DNA of 64,000 bases from Eledone cirrhosa. Its lineage: Eukaryota. Positions 15,102-28,303 of the stretch are shown here, in pieces. Below the pieces are notes generated by a model that was given only the letters and a program-made list of their open reading frames with translations, was not told the origin of the DNA and did not search any database. The stretch spans positions 375,596,001 to 375,660,000 of the forward strand of contig OZ024741.1 in assembly GCA_964016885.1 (NCBI GenBank). Reading direction: 5' to 3'. The first letter of the stretch is position 1, and the number at the start of each line of letters is the position of its first letter. The position numbers were made by a program, and so were the translations under genes.

Positions 15102-16164
15102 AGAGTGAGTGCATGCGCATGAGTGAGTGTATGTGTGTGTATGTGTGTGTGTGCACACTGTTGTTAGTGAAATTGGATTCATTATTTGGGTTGGCAGTAT
15201 CGGTAGAAGATTGGACGCCCTTTTTGGTCTGAGTTCAAATCCTGCCGAGGTTGACTATATCTTTCATCCTTACGAGGTCAATAAAATAAAGTACCAGTAA
15301 TACACTGGGATAATTGCTGGCCTTGTGCCAAAAGTAGAAACAATTATTTTTCTTTGTAAAGATATTTTAACATTTTTCCTTATTTCTCACTCTGACCCTT
15401 TCTCTTTCTCTCTCTCTGGACGTCTTTCTCTCTCTCTCTCTCCTCCTGTCTCTCACATATCCTACCTCTACTACCACTATCACCACCACCACCACCACTA
15501 CCATACATACACTTCACACTACACTGACATTAAAATATGTATTATCTAACCATAGATATTTACTCCAAGCTGCACTACACTACACTGTATTCATCATCAT
15601 TATTGTCACCATTTAATGTCCAAGGGTTAAACAAGTTGTCACATTGTGAGACAAGTCATATCAGGTGACCGTGTTTTGCTCATTCAGAACTAATTCTGGC
15701 TTGGTTTCTACGGGTTGTATACTCTTCCTAACACCAACCACATTTACAGTGTGTACTAGGTGCTTTTTGTCATAACACCTACATGACCATTTTACACTGT
15801 ATCACTTACATATATTCTATTTTGTTCGTATTAGAAAAGGTGAGTAATATTTGTTAAAGAAACAATTATGTATTTAGTATTCTTGAAAAAAAAGAAACAT
15901 TTCCATCAGTGTTTTCCTGCTAGTATAAATGGGACGGTCTTCCTATTGCCAACCATTTAACTGTGAAGTATGGGTGGAATCTGATTTTATTTTCTACTAA
16001 TGAGTCAGTCAGGCTAACTGAAACACATGAAACCATGCTAGTAAGACATTCTTGAAAAGTACAAAACAACACTATAACTGCATCACATAAAAATACTTTG
16101 TAATTGAAATTTGATTGACAGAAACCATGCAAAAGATTGGTGTGTATGTACATATATATATAAA

Positions 16165-16809
16165 CTAGCAGTGGTACCCGGCGTTGCACAGGATAATGTA
16201 TTTTGGAATGCAGGCCGCCAACAGACCTAATTGTGGAAAAATTACATGCTTGGACAATATGTAAAGAAAATAAACCGAATACTCTGATGGCTGGATAATC
16301 TTTATGATTTTCCTCGATGAAGCAGGAAAAATGCAGGTTTTCATCTAATGCGGGCCCTAGGGGATCAAGAAAATGAATTTTTTTTATGTGCATAATATGC
16401 CTTGAAATTTCGGGAAAATCGGCTAGACGTAACGCCTCAAAAAAGCCCTAAAAAGCTGAACAAATGAAGTTTTTCACCTAATGCGGGCCCTTAGCCATAA
16501 AGTAGTTGGATTTTCTTTGCTCACGGTATGAAGAAGAGACTGACTAATACGTAGTTACAATTTCAAGGAAATCGGTCTGACGTAACGCATCAAAAGACCC
16601 CTAAAAAACTGAAAAAAAACGCAGTTTTTCACCTAATGCGGGCCCTAGGGGATCAAAAAGTTGAATTTTATGTGCATAACACTCTCTGAAACATAAGTAG
16701 TACACATGTAAAGTTTGATAAAAGTTGGTTGGGTACTTCTCGAGTTTTAGGGATTCAAACTCACAGACACACACACACAGACAGACATCCTCAGTTTTAT
16801 ATATATAGA
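16165..16809 (-). mobile_element. Non-autonomous Helitron
   Basis: Minus strand starts TCTATATATATAAAA and ends CCTGTGCAACGCCGGG (hairpin) then CTAG; inserted between A and T. Three internal repeats contain CTAATGCGGGCCC. Confidence 0.8.
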
Positions 16810-18030
16810 TGTGTGTGTGTGTGTATGCGTGTGTGTGTGTATATATCATCATCATCATCATTTTACGTCCGCTTTTCCCTGCTTGTAAGGGTGTATGTAT
16901 ATACATATTAATTTTGAAAAAGGGTCCCAGGTGGATAATACAAAATGAATAAAAAAAGGTGGGAAAAGACAATGGAAAACTGATTGTGGTGAGAAAGGAC
17001 TGTCCCGTTTTGACCATTTTTCTGTTGTTTTTTTTATTCATTATATATATATACTTCGTTTGTGTATTTGTTTTGCAAGGTTTTTGATGTGAAATTGTGT
17101 GTTGAAACAGATCTTGTTATAATTTGGGAGGATCATGTCTTTTTGTTACTAAACTAATCAAGGAATGGATTGGTTACCTAAATAATAATAAGACAGAAAG
17201 ACAAGATGGACTAAATAGAACTGGATCAAAACAAATAGGAGACAGAATCACAAGAATAATCATTGAGAAGGTCATAGAATTTGTGACAACAGTGTTTTGA
17301 CAATTAAGTATGACAACTAAATAGCCATCAAGATACTAAACCGAGGACTGCATGTGTTTTTATGGGCAACATGACCCTTACAAATTATAACAATATATAT
17401 GTATATTAACATCATCATCATAATTTAACATCAGTTTTCCATGCTACCATTGATTAGATAGGCAATTACAGACCAAATTAGTACTTCATTGGAGCCACTC
17501 TACTCACAGTCAGGCTGGGGGTTGCATCGATATACAGAGAGCAATGAAATAAATACCAAACCTAAAAATACTGGAGGTCAATATGATCAACTAAACCTTT
17601 GAAGGTGTTACTCTAGCATTACAACAGTCTAATGATTGAATGGCTTCTGATTTAGGCACAAGGCCAACAATTTTTGGGAAAGCGGATGTCAATTAAATTG
17701 ACCCAAGTGTATTACTGGTAGTTCATTTTATTGACCCTGTAAGGATCAAATGCAAATCTAATCTCAGTGGGATTTAAACTCAGAATGTAAAGGAACACAG
17801 CTATATGCTGCAAAGCATGGCGTCCGGTGCTCTACAGATACTAAAAGAACGTGATAATTCTACTTCAATATTCCAACAAAGAAACAGGAAACATTAATTA
17901 TTATTTAAAAATAATTATATTTAACTTCCTGGTCCAATAAATTTGAACTTGAATCACTTGAATCACTTCCTCTTTGACTGGCATTGTTTGGTTTCTGAGA
18001 AATTGCAGGTGTGAAAAAATATGTCCAACA

Positions 18031-18283
18031 TATGAGGGTCAACTGAGAAGTTCATAGGCTGACTATGAATAAGAGATGCCTGGACTCTGAAATATTACAT
18101 GCATTAATTTTAACTCTTTTTATTAATAAATGCATTGTTTCTTTCCAGGGACCATGTGGAAAAAAAAAAAAAACCTCATTTGGTCATTTCATGAGTGTAT
18201 CTTGGTCAGCCTATGAACTGTTCAGCCTATGAACTGTTCAGCCTATGAACTTTTCAGCCAACAAACTTTTCAGCAGACCCACT
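18031..18283. mobile_element. Mariner-like MITE
   Basis: Starts TATGAGGGTCAACTGAGAAGTTCATAGGCTGAC; the right end has tandem CAGCCTATGAACT repeats. Inverted copy of 19303-19506. Confidence 0.78.
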
Positions 18284-19302
18284 AGTGTAAATGAAACGAA
18301 AATGTCTCTTGCAGATCTATTGTAACTCATGAAAGAAGGTGATACATGGACACCTTGTGTCTTATGTGAGGATAATTACAGAATTGTTATTGTTATTATT
18401 GTGAGGGCGGGGATTGGCAGAATAGGTATTGCATTGAACAACATGATTTGCGGTATGGAGTTACGTCCCTTTACATTCTGAGTTCAAATCCCTTCGACGA
18501 TAGCTTTGCCTTTCATCCTTACGGGGACGATAAAATAAAGTAACAGTAATGCACAGCGGTTGATTTAATTGGCTTTCCGATTGACTTGTGGATGGTGGTG
18601 AATAAGCAGAGTCCTTAGAAGGCATTGCAGTATTTGTTCTGGCTTTCTGCACTCAAAGTTCAAAATCCACCTAGGTCAACTTTACCATTCTTACTCTTGA
18701 TGTGGAAAAAGTACCAGTCTAGTACCAATGGGTGGGGCAATTCTTCCTTTATATCACTCTCTCACTTTCTTTCACTCTCTCTCCTTCTTGGGCAGAAATC
18801 AGCTATATTCAGACCTGGAGAGATGATGGGCTCCAAGGTTTAAAATGCCTAAGGTAACATCCCTACCACTCCACCAGTAGTTATGGGTCCATACATACAT
18901 AATTACATACATTCCACTGTGGATCTCAGCTGAGCTGGATCATTATGAACCAACATTTCTAGCTGGTTGGACATCCATTGTTGGTGAATTCTACAGGTGA
19001 AAGAAATATATTGACACCATTAAGGCAGTTTTCAACTTCTCCTCAGTTAAATGTATCATGTAAGAATTACCTGATTCTCTGGTTGTATTTTCTGGTGTCT
19101 TCATTTCTGAAAGATGTTTCCTTGTATAGAACAGATGATGATGATAATGATGACAAAAGTTACAGCAATATTTTACTATAGCTACACAAACACGTTAATC
19201 ATCTTTAAGAGTAGAGAAAAGAGATAGAGCCACCACACATGAATAAATGTCTCTTGATATTCTCATAATCTTACCTGAATCAAGCAACTTTTCTGTGTCT
19301 AT

Positions 19303-19506
19303 ATACAAGGGTCAGCTGAAAAGTTCATAGGCTGACCAGGATACTCTCATGAAATGATCAAATAAGGTTTATTTTTCAACATTATCCCTGGAAAGAAAAA
19401 AATGCAGTTATTAATAAGAGTTGAAATTAATACATGCAAGATTTCACAGCCCTAGCATCACTCCTTCATAGTCAGCCTATGAACATTTCAGCCGACACTT
19501 GTGTAT
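19303..19506. mobile_element. Mariner-like MITE
   Basis: TIRs CAAGGGTCAGCTGAAAAGTTCATAGGCTGAC and GTCAGCCTATGAACATTTCAGCCGACACTTG. Confidence 0.8.
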
Positions 19507-21500
19507 CATCATCATCATCATCATCGTTTTTACATCTGTTTTTCCATGTTTGTATGGGCTGGACGAGTCCTTAGCATGGCATCTCTCCACTCATCTCAAT
19601 CTTTTGTCATCTCCTCTGTGAGTCTCAGTTATTTGAGGTGAGCACTCACCTCTGCCCAGATCTTTCTTGGTCTACATCTACTGTGGCTTCCTTCCTCTGG
19701 CATTTCCTGGCATTTCATCACCCAACGATCATTTTCCATGTGCATCACATGTCCATACCAATGCAGGTTTCTCTCTTGCAAATCACCTTGGATTCTCTTA
19801 AACCTAGCTTCTCCCTCAACTCATCTAAGTTTGCTTTTCTCTCACACTTATATTGCACATTCAATGGAGCATGGTTGCTTCATTCTCTCCTGTCTACACA
19901 TGTCCTTGACAGTCACAGCCCATGTTTCACTACCATGCAGCATTGCACTTTGCACACAGGCATAATACAGTCGTTCTTTTGTGGTCAACAATGGGAGTAG
20001 CTCTCTAAACTTTTTCCATCCTATCCTAATTCTAGTTATTATGCTCTCAGAGCACCCTCCTCCATTGCTAATTACATTGCCTAGATAGCAGAAACTATTA
20101 ACCACTTCTATGGGTCCTTCCTGTGAATGGAATAGGTTTACATCATTGATTTTCTTCCTCTCAGTTACCCCTGTGCATCTTCTACAAACAAAGTCATCCC
20201 TTCCTGTTAGTCTATCCATTATCCCACTACAACTCTTGTGTATCCAACATTTACACTGTGTACATTGTATAGAGTTTATGCCTCCTCCATTTTTACATAT
20301 TAAGCAGGACCACTTCCCTGAGAGAATCAGGGTCCTATCTTCTCTCCTACTCACTAGCACTTTAGTTTTGGCTATGTTTACTCTCAGAACATTTGATTCT
20401 GAATTCTGTTTCCATAGTTGGAACATATTTTAATGGATTCGGCTATAAGGACCAGACTATCTGCATAAGAGAATGTCCCATGGGCAGCTGGTCTTAAACT
20501 CCATTGATATAGCCTGGAGAATTATAATGAATAGTAGTAGGCTAAGAACCGAACCTTGATAAACTCCTACTTGTATCTTGAATTCCTCACTAAACTCACT
20601 TCCTACTCTCACTTTGCTGACAACTTCTCTGTACATGTCTTGCACTGCTTTCACCAACCATTCTTCCAGACCTAATTTCCTTAAAGACCACCAGATAATA
20701 GGTCAGAGTACTTTGCCAAAGGCCTTTTCTAGTTCAATGAAAGTTAGGTATAGTGGCTTATTTTTGGCTAGGAACTCTTGTAATTGCCTCACTAAAAAGA
20801 GGGCATCTGTAGTATATTTCCCAGGCATGAAAACAAACTGCATCTTGTCTAATTTGACTCTTTCTCTAATTATTTGCACTATAACTCTTTCCATCACTTT
20901 CACAACTTGATCTATTAGCTTTATTCCTCTATAGTTGCTCCTTTCTAGGGCATTCACTTTGCCCTTGTAGCAAATTATGATTGTACTGCTCTGCTAGTCA
21001 TTGGGTATGGCACCGACCTGTATTACCTGATTGATTATGCGGGTTACTAATTTGACTCCTACTTCTTCCAATGCTTTTAACATCTCTGACGGTCCTGCAG
21101 CTTTATCATTTTTCAGCTCTTTGATTGCTCCTTTAACCCTGTAACTGTCATTTCAAAAGCTGGCCCTTCTGTTGGGTGGGTTGGGGTTAGTTTTTTTTCT
21201 TCCCATTTATTCTTTACATTCATCAGTCTCTCATAGTAAAATTTTTTCCAGGTCCCTTTTCTTTTGAGCACCAGTGGTTCTAAATGCACTGGTGTCATTT
21301 CTAACAAACTTTACCCTAACACCATCACAATTCACACTGACACACTGCCCTGCAATGTGGAACACTTTGCGTTTCTGATCCTCACGTCTCAGGAGGTTGG
21401 CAAACTTTCTTTCTTCAGCTTCTCTCTGAGCTGTGTATACATGTCATCTAGCTTCTCTCTTAACTACCTGGTACTCCTACATGACCACTTTACAGTGTGG
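19505..21500 (-). mobile_element. Decayed RTE-clade LINE, related to the 56.6-59.4 kb copy
   Basis: LERSNYRGIKL, FIELEKAF, GVYQGSVLS, KWSCLICK...CTQCKCWIHKSC...CRRC, MLHGSETW; (CAT)n tail at 19505-19525. Confidence 0.9.
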
Positions 21501-22199
21501 GCTGAGGGCTTCACTGGATTTATACTTTGGCCTGTCCTCATAGGAGATGTATGGGCGGGTGGGGTGGTGCATACTGTATATATGCTTCAGCTTTGGCCTG
21601 TGCCCATGTGAAGTCGGCTCTTCTGCATTACTGTGTAATGCCAGAGATCTCAGTCCTGTGTCATTGCCTTTGAGAGACGCAACTGGGCAAGGTCAGCTTT
21701 TATCACCTCATCCCAAGTCTTCCTGCCCCCCCCCCCCCACTATATATATATATTGGATAAGTGTATTTATATTGTATATAAATATAAATATATGTTGTGT
21801 AATGTATATAGTATATATTTTAGACACAATATAATGACTTTATGCATGGAACCATAACTCCTTGTGGCTATTGTTACTAGCTGTGAAGAAGATGTGGGCA
21901 GGTGGATAATTTCAATGAATTAAAAATTAATTTGTGGTTGAATTAACATTCTCCAGGAAAAGGGGAATCTGTTCTTTTTTTTGGAGATGAGGAATACACT
22001 GTATACATATGTTTTTAAACTTTGACTTCAAAAGTATAGCATTCTTTTTTAAAGATTTAATACTTTCAATTATAACATTTTTTTATTTGATGTTAATAAA
22101 ATTCTAATATTTTCATAATAAAGTGTTATAGTTTGCTTGAAGCATTGTATATAATGTATAATGTTGAAAGAGATAAAAGGCTAAACAATGCAAAATAGA

Positions 22200-22670
22200 C
22201 TGTAAGATAAGGTAACAAAAAGTAAAAGTTACCTGGTAATCTTTGTTTTGTTGTTGTTGTTCTTTTATCTGTCCAATATTTCGGGACCTAAAAGTCCTTT
22301 TATCAGGGTTTAAGGAACCTTCAGTGGATAATGTTCCAATTTCCTCTCTTTGGGATAAAATTTAGATTTTGATTTAAATTTTTTCTAAGTCGTTTTCAAG
22401 TGTTTTTCAATTGTTACTTCACTTTCCACGCGAATGATGTCAATTGCCAATATAGTATTTCGTAAAATCAATTTTCTTTTTTGTATGAGATGTTTAGTTG
22501 GTGTGTCTTTTTATGTCAAGTACTGTGTGCTGAGTTTTAATCTATTATTTATTTGCGGGTTGAGTCTATGTATGAGCAAGGCTTCCTTAATTCTTAAGTT
22601 GCCCACATTTCTATCACCGGCTTTAATGGTAACGGTAATATATTGGTTGATGTTTCTACATAAAGAGTAA
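22200..22670 (-). mobile_element. Penelope-like element 3' end (GIY-YIG C-terminus plus pLTR with degenerate hammerhead)
   Basis: ORF 22511-22705 contains LRIKEALLIHRLNPQINN, the typical PLE endonuclease tail. Downstream is CC-CTGATAA-AAGGAC-TTTTAG-GTCCC-GAAA-TATT-GG (22273-22308). Confidence 0.78.
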
Positions 22671-22982
22671 TGGCTGATATGATAGAGCATTGGATAAAAT
22701 GGCATTGTGATATCTGTTCTGGCTCTTGATATTTTGAGTTCAAATCAAGCCAAAGTCAACTTCTGAGGTTGATAAATAACGTACTGGTCAAGTACTGGGG
22801 TTGATTTAATCAACTTTGCCCTTCCACCAAATTTACTGACCTTGTGTCTTAATTAGAATTTAATAGTTTTGTTTACATAATAATATCTTCTTTTATAATA
22901 ATTTAATTGTTTCTGTCATAAAATAAAATCTTAATGTAAAAATTTTAATTATTTCATTCATAAATAATTTTTTTTTTTTCAG

Positions 22983-23550
22983 AATTGCCCATGATATAAG
23001 CTTGGACAGTTTTCCTGATGATGATACTGACGCAGAATTTGACTTCAATCCGAAAGAGTTGGAATTTTACTCTCTGACGCAAAACAAAGAGAAAGAAAGA
23101 AAATACGATGTCTCTGAGAAGACAGTGGACCCAACATTGCAGGAGAAGTGTGATGTTGAGGAGTTTCCTAAGGAAGTCGGAAGTCTTGGAAATACAAATT
23201 CAAAGACGACATATGAAAAACCGACTTACAAGGCGTCAGATTCTGAAATGGTCCTTCGAAAGAATGAAATCAATAAACAACTGCACAGCAATATTGAGAA
23301 AGGAAACAATGTTAATGGTGCCGCCAACACAAAAAGTAGATTGGCAGGCACAAGCATGGACACAGACAATACTACCACTACTGAAACTACAGCCAACACA
23401 TTCAACACTGTTAAAAATAACAATGTAACCACCAATAACAACAATAACACCAATTACACAACAAACAACACTACTGCTGCCAACACAAATGGTGACACCA
23501 CCAATACCACCACCACCAATACCCCCATGGACAGCAATCGTTACATGCAG
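22983..23550 (+). CDS. MAPK8IP1: JNK-interacting protein 1 (JIP1/Aplip1 ortholog), internal exon A (N-terminal region)
   Basis: Poly-T tract plus CAG acceptor (AG 22981-22982) and CAG|GTAAGT donor at 23550/23551. Reads xIAHDISLDSFPDDD, like the JIP1 N-terminal motif RLTHDISLEEFEDED, then an N/T-rich low-complexity linker. Phase 2 in, phase 0 out. Confidence 0.88.
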
Positions 23551-25735
23551 GTAAGTTGCTGCTACAGCTTTCACGTATGTTCAAATTATGTTAATGTCTA
23601 AAAAAGCATATATAATGATGATGATCATCATCATCATTTAACACTAGTATTTCCTTGCTTACATATGATCCATCCAATTTTGGCATGGTTTCTAGAGCTC
23701 TTCTTATTACCAACTACTTTACAGAGTGTACTGGGTGTTTTTTTTTTTATCATTGCTCCATTGATTAGAATGTGGTTTTGGCCTTGAGTTACTTTAAAGT
23801 TTCATCTTGCTGCATTATTTAATATTTGGATGAGCCAAGAAACCAAAACTTATAACTAACTTTCATCTTTTATGATACAATATATATACATGGAGAGAAA
23901 GGCAAAAGCTGATACAGTTTGGCAACAGTGTTATTGTAACATGAAATAGAGTGCTTTACACAAACCCACAGCAGGACAAAATTAGGATCTGTCAATAGAA
24001 CAATTGAATCCTGAATAGGTTCAACATAGGTTATCTAGCAATAGTGCTCAGAGACTTAGAAATATTTGAGATGGTGAAACAATGCACTGTTAGACCATTG
24101 TGTGCGATGGAGAGACTTCTGCTCCTTAGCTATAGTGAAGCCACCTTGTCTAGGCAGTCACTTTGAATAAAAACTTACGACCATTTGATATATTCAATAA
24201 TTTTAGCATTTGTTTTATATTCGGTGATTTTACATATGCTCAGTGAAGGTGTGTGGCTTATTGGTTAGAGAATTAGATTTGTAATTGTCAGGTCGCAAGT
24301 TTGATTCCCAGACAGGGTGATGCATTATGTCCTTGAGCAAGACACTTTATTTTATGTTGCTGTTTCTGCCAGGAGTTGTGATAGTATCAGCAATTGGAAA
24401 AAACCAATGGAAACATTGTTTCCTTGGTCCAATTTTACGAGTTCCACTGCACTCTTTAATGCAATGGGGTTTGGGATCTTGTCAGTCATATTTTGTTTAT
24501 ACATATGCTCAAGTAAGGTAGTTTGGTGCTTAGCAAACCATATCTTCCTTTTGATATAGATATCTTATATCTTATTTATGAACAGGGAAATGTAAATGTA
24601 TTGTGCATTATTTTTTTATATATCAATGCATTCTTTAGGTGGAAAATTGTTGGGGGCAATGTATGCCTAGTGGTCACATCAAAACAATGAAATTTAAGAA
24701 ATATAATAAAAAAAATGGTGGGTGGGATCAAGAGGACCCTTTAGTCATGCTACGGTACAACAACCTCTTTAGTGTTTGTGACCTACATGATAAATGCACC
24801 CAGTGCATGTAAAGTAGTTGGTGATAGGAAGGACATCCAGCTGTAGAAGGTTTACTAAACAAAGGTTTGGGAAGACCTTCAGTCATGTCAAGGATATGAC
24901 AGTCACCTAGTGTTGTGTAGTAACCTACACAATAAAAGCAGCCAATATACAATGTAAAGTGGTTGGCATCCAGCCATAGAAATCTTGTCAAACAAAGGGT
25001 TTGGAGGACCCTCAGTTGTGTCAATGAAATGGCAACCACCCTTGTGCACTTGATAGAATGTAAAACTGTATGTAAGTGAGATTCAGTCCCCTCTCACCCA
25101 GCCTGTCAGGAAGATCAGCAGCTTCACTTCAGTACTGACTTGATCTGTGTAGACCTGTCCAACCCTTGCTAGCAGGGTAAGTGGACGTTAAAATAAAACA
25201 ACTGTTAAAAAGTACAGATCAGATTTTCTGGCTTGCTGTTGGAATATGAGAGCCTTGGTTGATAATAATATCTTCTGAAAGAATAACTGTTCCTCTGGTG
25301 AGGATCAATATACCAAAATAAATGTATTGGATATGACATTTTTTGAATGGAAAATAACATAGCCTGAGAAGGGGGTCAGGAGTGTACTTTGCATTAAGGT
25401 CAATATTATAAACTGCCATCTGGTTTAATTAATAGATTTATGTCTCTATGCTCATGTTTATATCCTTTGATCATCAGTGATGTTCATCAGTGATATTCAT
25501 CAGTGCCTCTTCACAAACAATATATATACATATATATTGTAGAGCTAGACTTCTGATGGTGAGCCCTACCACTTTAGCTTGTTTACACAAGCTTTTTCAG
25601 GGGTAATATTACCCTTGAAAAAGATTGTGGAAGCAAACGGAAAAAACAAATCTCACCATTGGGATCCTACTTCTTCAATATACCCACTCTGAATATGACA
25701 GTAGCTCTAGTACTATTCTGATTTGTGGTCTTTCT

Positions 25736-25818
<83 letters not shown>

Positions 25819-25949
25819 ATCTATATCTATATTTTCTTATTCTTCTTTGGCCACTTATTCCTGGGAGGGTTGTTGAGGCAGAGTCCTCAAACATACCTTC
25901 CAGTGGGTTCTGTTGGAACCAACTGTCTCCTATTGATCTAGCTGAATTC

Positions 25950-27110
25950 CTAAGCAAAATAAGCTGAACTCATGGCTATTATCCAACCACCTTGCTTGGG
26001 GCTTCCCCTAGGTCTCTTGCCAGTTAGTTTTGCCTGTAAAATCTGTCCACCAATTCTTTACCGGGACATTCTAACCGCATGCCTATAGTATCAGAGCTGT
26101 GATCTCCAGCTCTACCTGGAGGAAATCTCTGATCTCCAAGCTATACACTTTATTGAGTAACATTACTCCTATAACTCTTTGTAGGAATTCCATTTTGACT
26201 GTTTGTATTTGCAATTATATTCTTTTGGTCATTAACCAAGATTCATGATCATAGTTAAGGGTTGGCCTGAATACCATATTGAAGATAACAAAGTAGGCTT
26301 TTACACCTACCTCCCTTCTTCTGATGATGGAATGTTGAAGCTGGCACATTACTGCACCGGCTCCTGCAATTCTTGCACTTAATTCCCCCTCTTACCTTCC
26401 ATCACTCATGAACACTACTTGAATATACATTTCCATCTGCATCAGTGGAAATCCACTGACATGTAATGTGCACTGTGCATACTTCATTGAGAGGTTGAGT
26501 GTCTCAGTCTTCACAGCACTGATTTCATTTTTGCCATGAAGAAAACCTATCAAGTGCATGTCAGAGATCACCTTCTGATGAGTTAAGTAGTACCATGTTG
26601 TTCACAAATTCCTATGAACTGATCCTACACCTGCCAGTCTTGATACCACTTCCAACCTGTTGCGCATGCCAATCCTGTCAATGAAGATTATGAACATGAG
26701 AAGTGACAGTATGCACCCTTGGGGGAGTCCAATACTCACATCGAATGGTTTTGACTTAGCATCATTTATCCAAACACAAATGAAAGGGCATCTATATAGA
26801 GGCATCAGGGCAACAAGAAGCTGTCCAGCCATCTCATAATCCTGCAGAATCTCCCACAACAGGTCTAATGGAATGCAGTCATATGCCTTTTCAAGGTCTA
26901 TGAAACAAGCAATATACCCACGATTTCTCAAAGACCTTCCACAATGTGAATATTTGGTCACCTGTGCTGCACCCAGGATGAAATCCACACTGTTCATCAG
27001 CTAGCTTGGATGTGACAATATCCTTGCATCTCTTTAATGGAGAGGCTTAACAAGATGATCCCTCAATATTTGGATCAATCTCTTCTCTTCCATTTTGAAA
27101 ATTAGGATTA
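25950..27110 (-). mobile_element. Decayed RTE-like LINE fragment (second family)
   Basis: FIDLEKAYD and GLPQGCILS RT motifs in ORF 26602-26997. Its 3' part (26090-26420) closely matches 9815-10170. Confidence 0.8.
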
Positions 27111-27256
27111 TATCAATCTATATCTAGATATATACTATATATATATATATATAAAACCAACAACTTGCATACTCCCGCAAGTGGATTTTGTAGATTTCGG
27201 ACTTACAGAAACCTAGCAGAGATATTGCAAATATCGACGCAATGGTCCAGGTTTGT

Positions 27257-27349
<93 letters not shown>

Positions 27350-27727
27350 GTGTATGTATTTTTTCTCGCAAGTCAGTTCTTTCGTTGCTACGGACCCCAC
27401 GGCTGAATTACCGGTCGCTATCTTCAATTTGCAAAGCCCTTTAAACGTAATGTTATTACTCTAAGGTTTTATACCTTATTGAGTGCTTGGCTGCACTTCT
27501 GATTGCATTCGTTGGCTTAGCTGCAGCTCATGCTTTGATTATGCTGCACTTCCATTTGTATATATATATATATATATATAGTGCAAATTTAGACGGGAAC
27601 AAAACAGGGAGGCAGACAAATAGAGGTTTATTAGGTTCACGCTCTTGAGAGGGGGGGGGGCGACGTTTCGGGCATAAGCCCTTCTTCAGGAGTAAATAGG
27701 TTAGGAAGAGAGTTCCGAGGGTGTGTG

Positions 27728-27778
<51 letters not shown>

Positions 27779-27989
27779 AATGGAAGTGCAGCATAATCAA
27801 AGCATGAGGCGCAGCTAAGCCAACGAATGCAATCAGAAGTGCAGCCAAGCACTCAATAAAGTATAAAACCTTAGAGTAATAACATTACGTTTAAAGAGCT
27901 TTGCAAGTTGAAGATAACGACCGGTAATTCAGCCGCGGGGTCCGTAGTAACGAAAGAACTGACTTGCGAGAAAAAATACATACACATAT

Positions 27990-28026
<37 letters not shown>

Positions 28027-28303
28027 TGTGACAAACCTGGACCATTGCGTCGATATTTTGCAATATTTCTGCTAGGTTTCTGTAAATCCGAAATCTACAA
28101 AATCCACTTGCGGGAGTATGCAAGTTATTGGTTTTATATATATATATATAGTATATATCTAGATATAGATTGATATAATCCTAATTTTCAAAATGGAAGA
28201 GAAGAGATTGATCCAAATATTGAGGGATCATCTTATTAAGCCTCTCCATCAAAGAGACGCAAGGATATTGTCACATCCAAGCTAGCTGATGAACAGTGTG
28301 GAT
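26983..28303. repeat. Large inverted duplication: ~600-bp arms (26983-27580 and 27730-28303) with a ~150-bp spacer
   Basis: Arms are reverse complements with scattered substitutions and different (TA)n lengths. Confidence 0.95.
27661..27690 (-). ncRNA. Hammerhead-like motif (Penelope pLTR type) in the loop of the large inverted duplication
   Basis: CTGAAGA-A-GGGC-TTAT-GCCC-GAAAC-GTC; AATAAA ~30 nt downstream (27627-27632); stem I poor. Confidence 0.62.
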
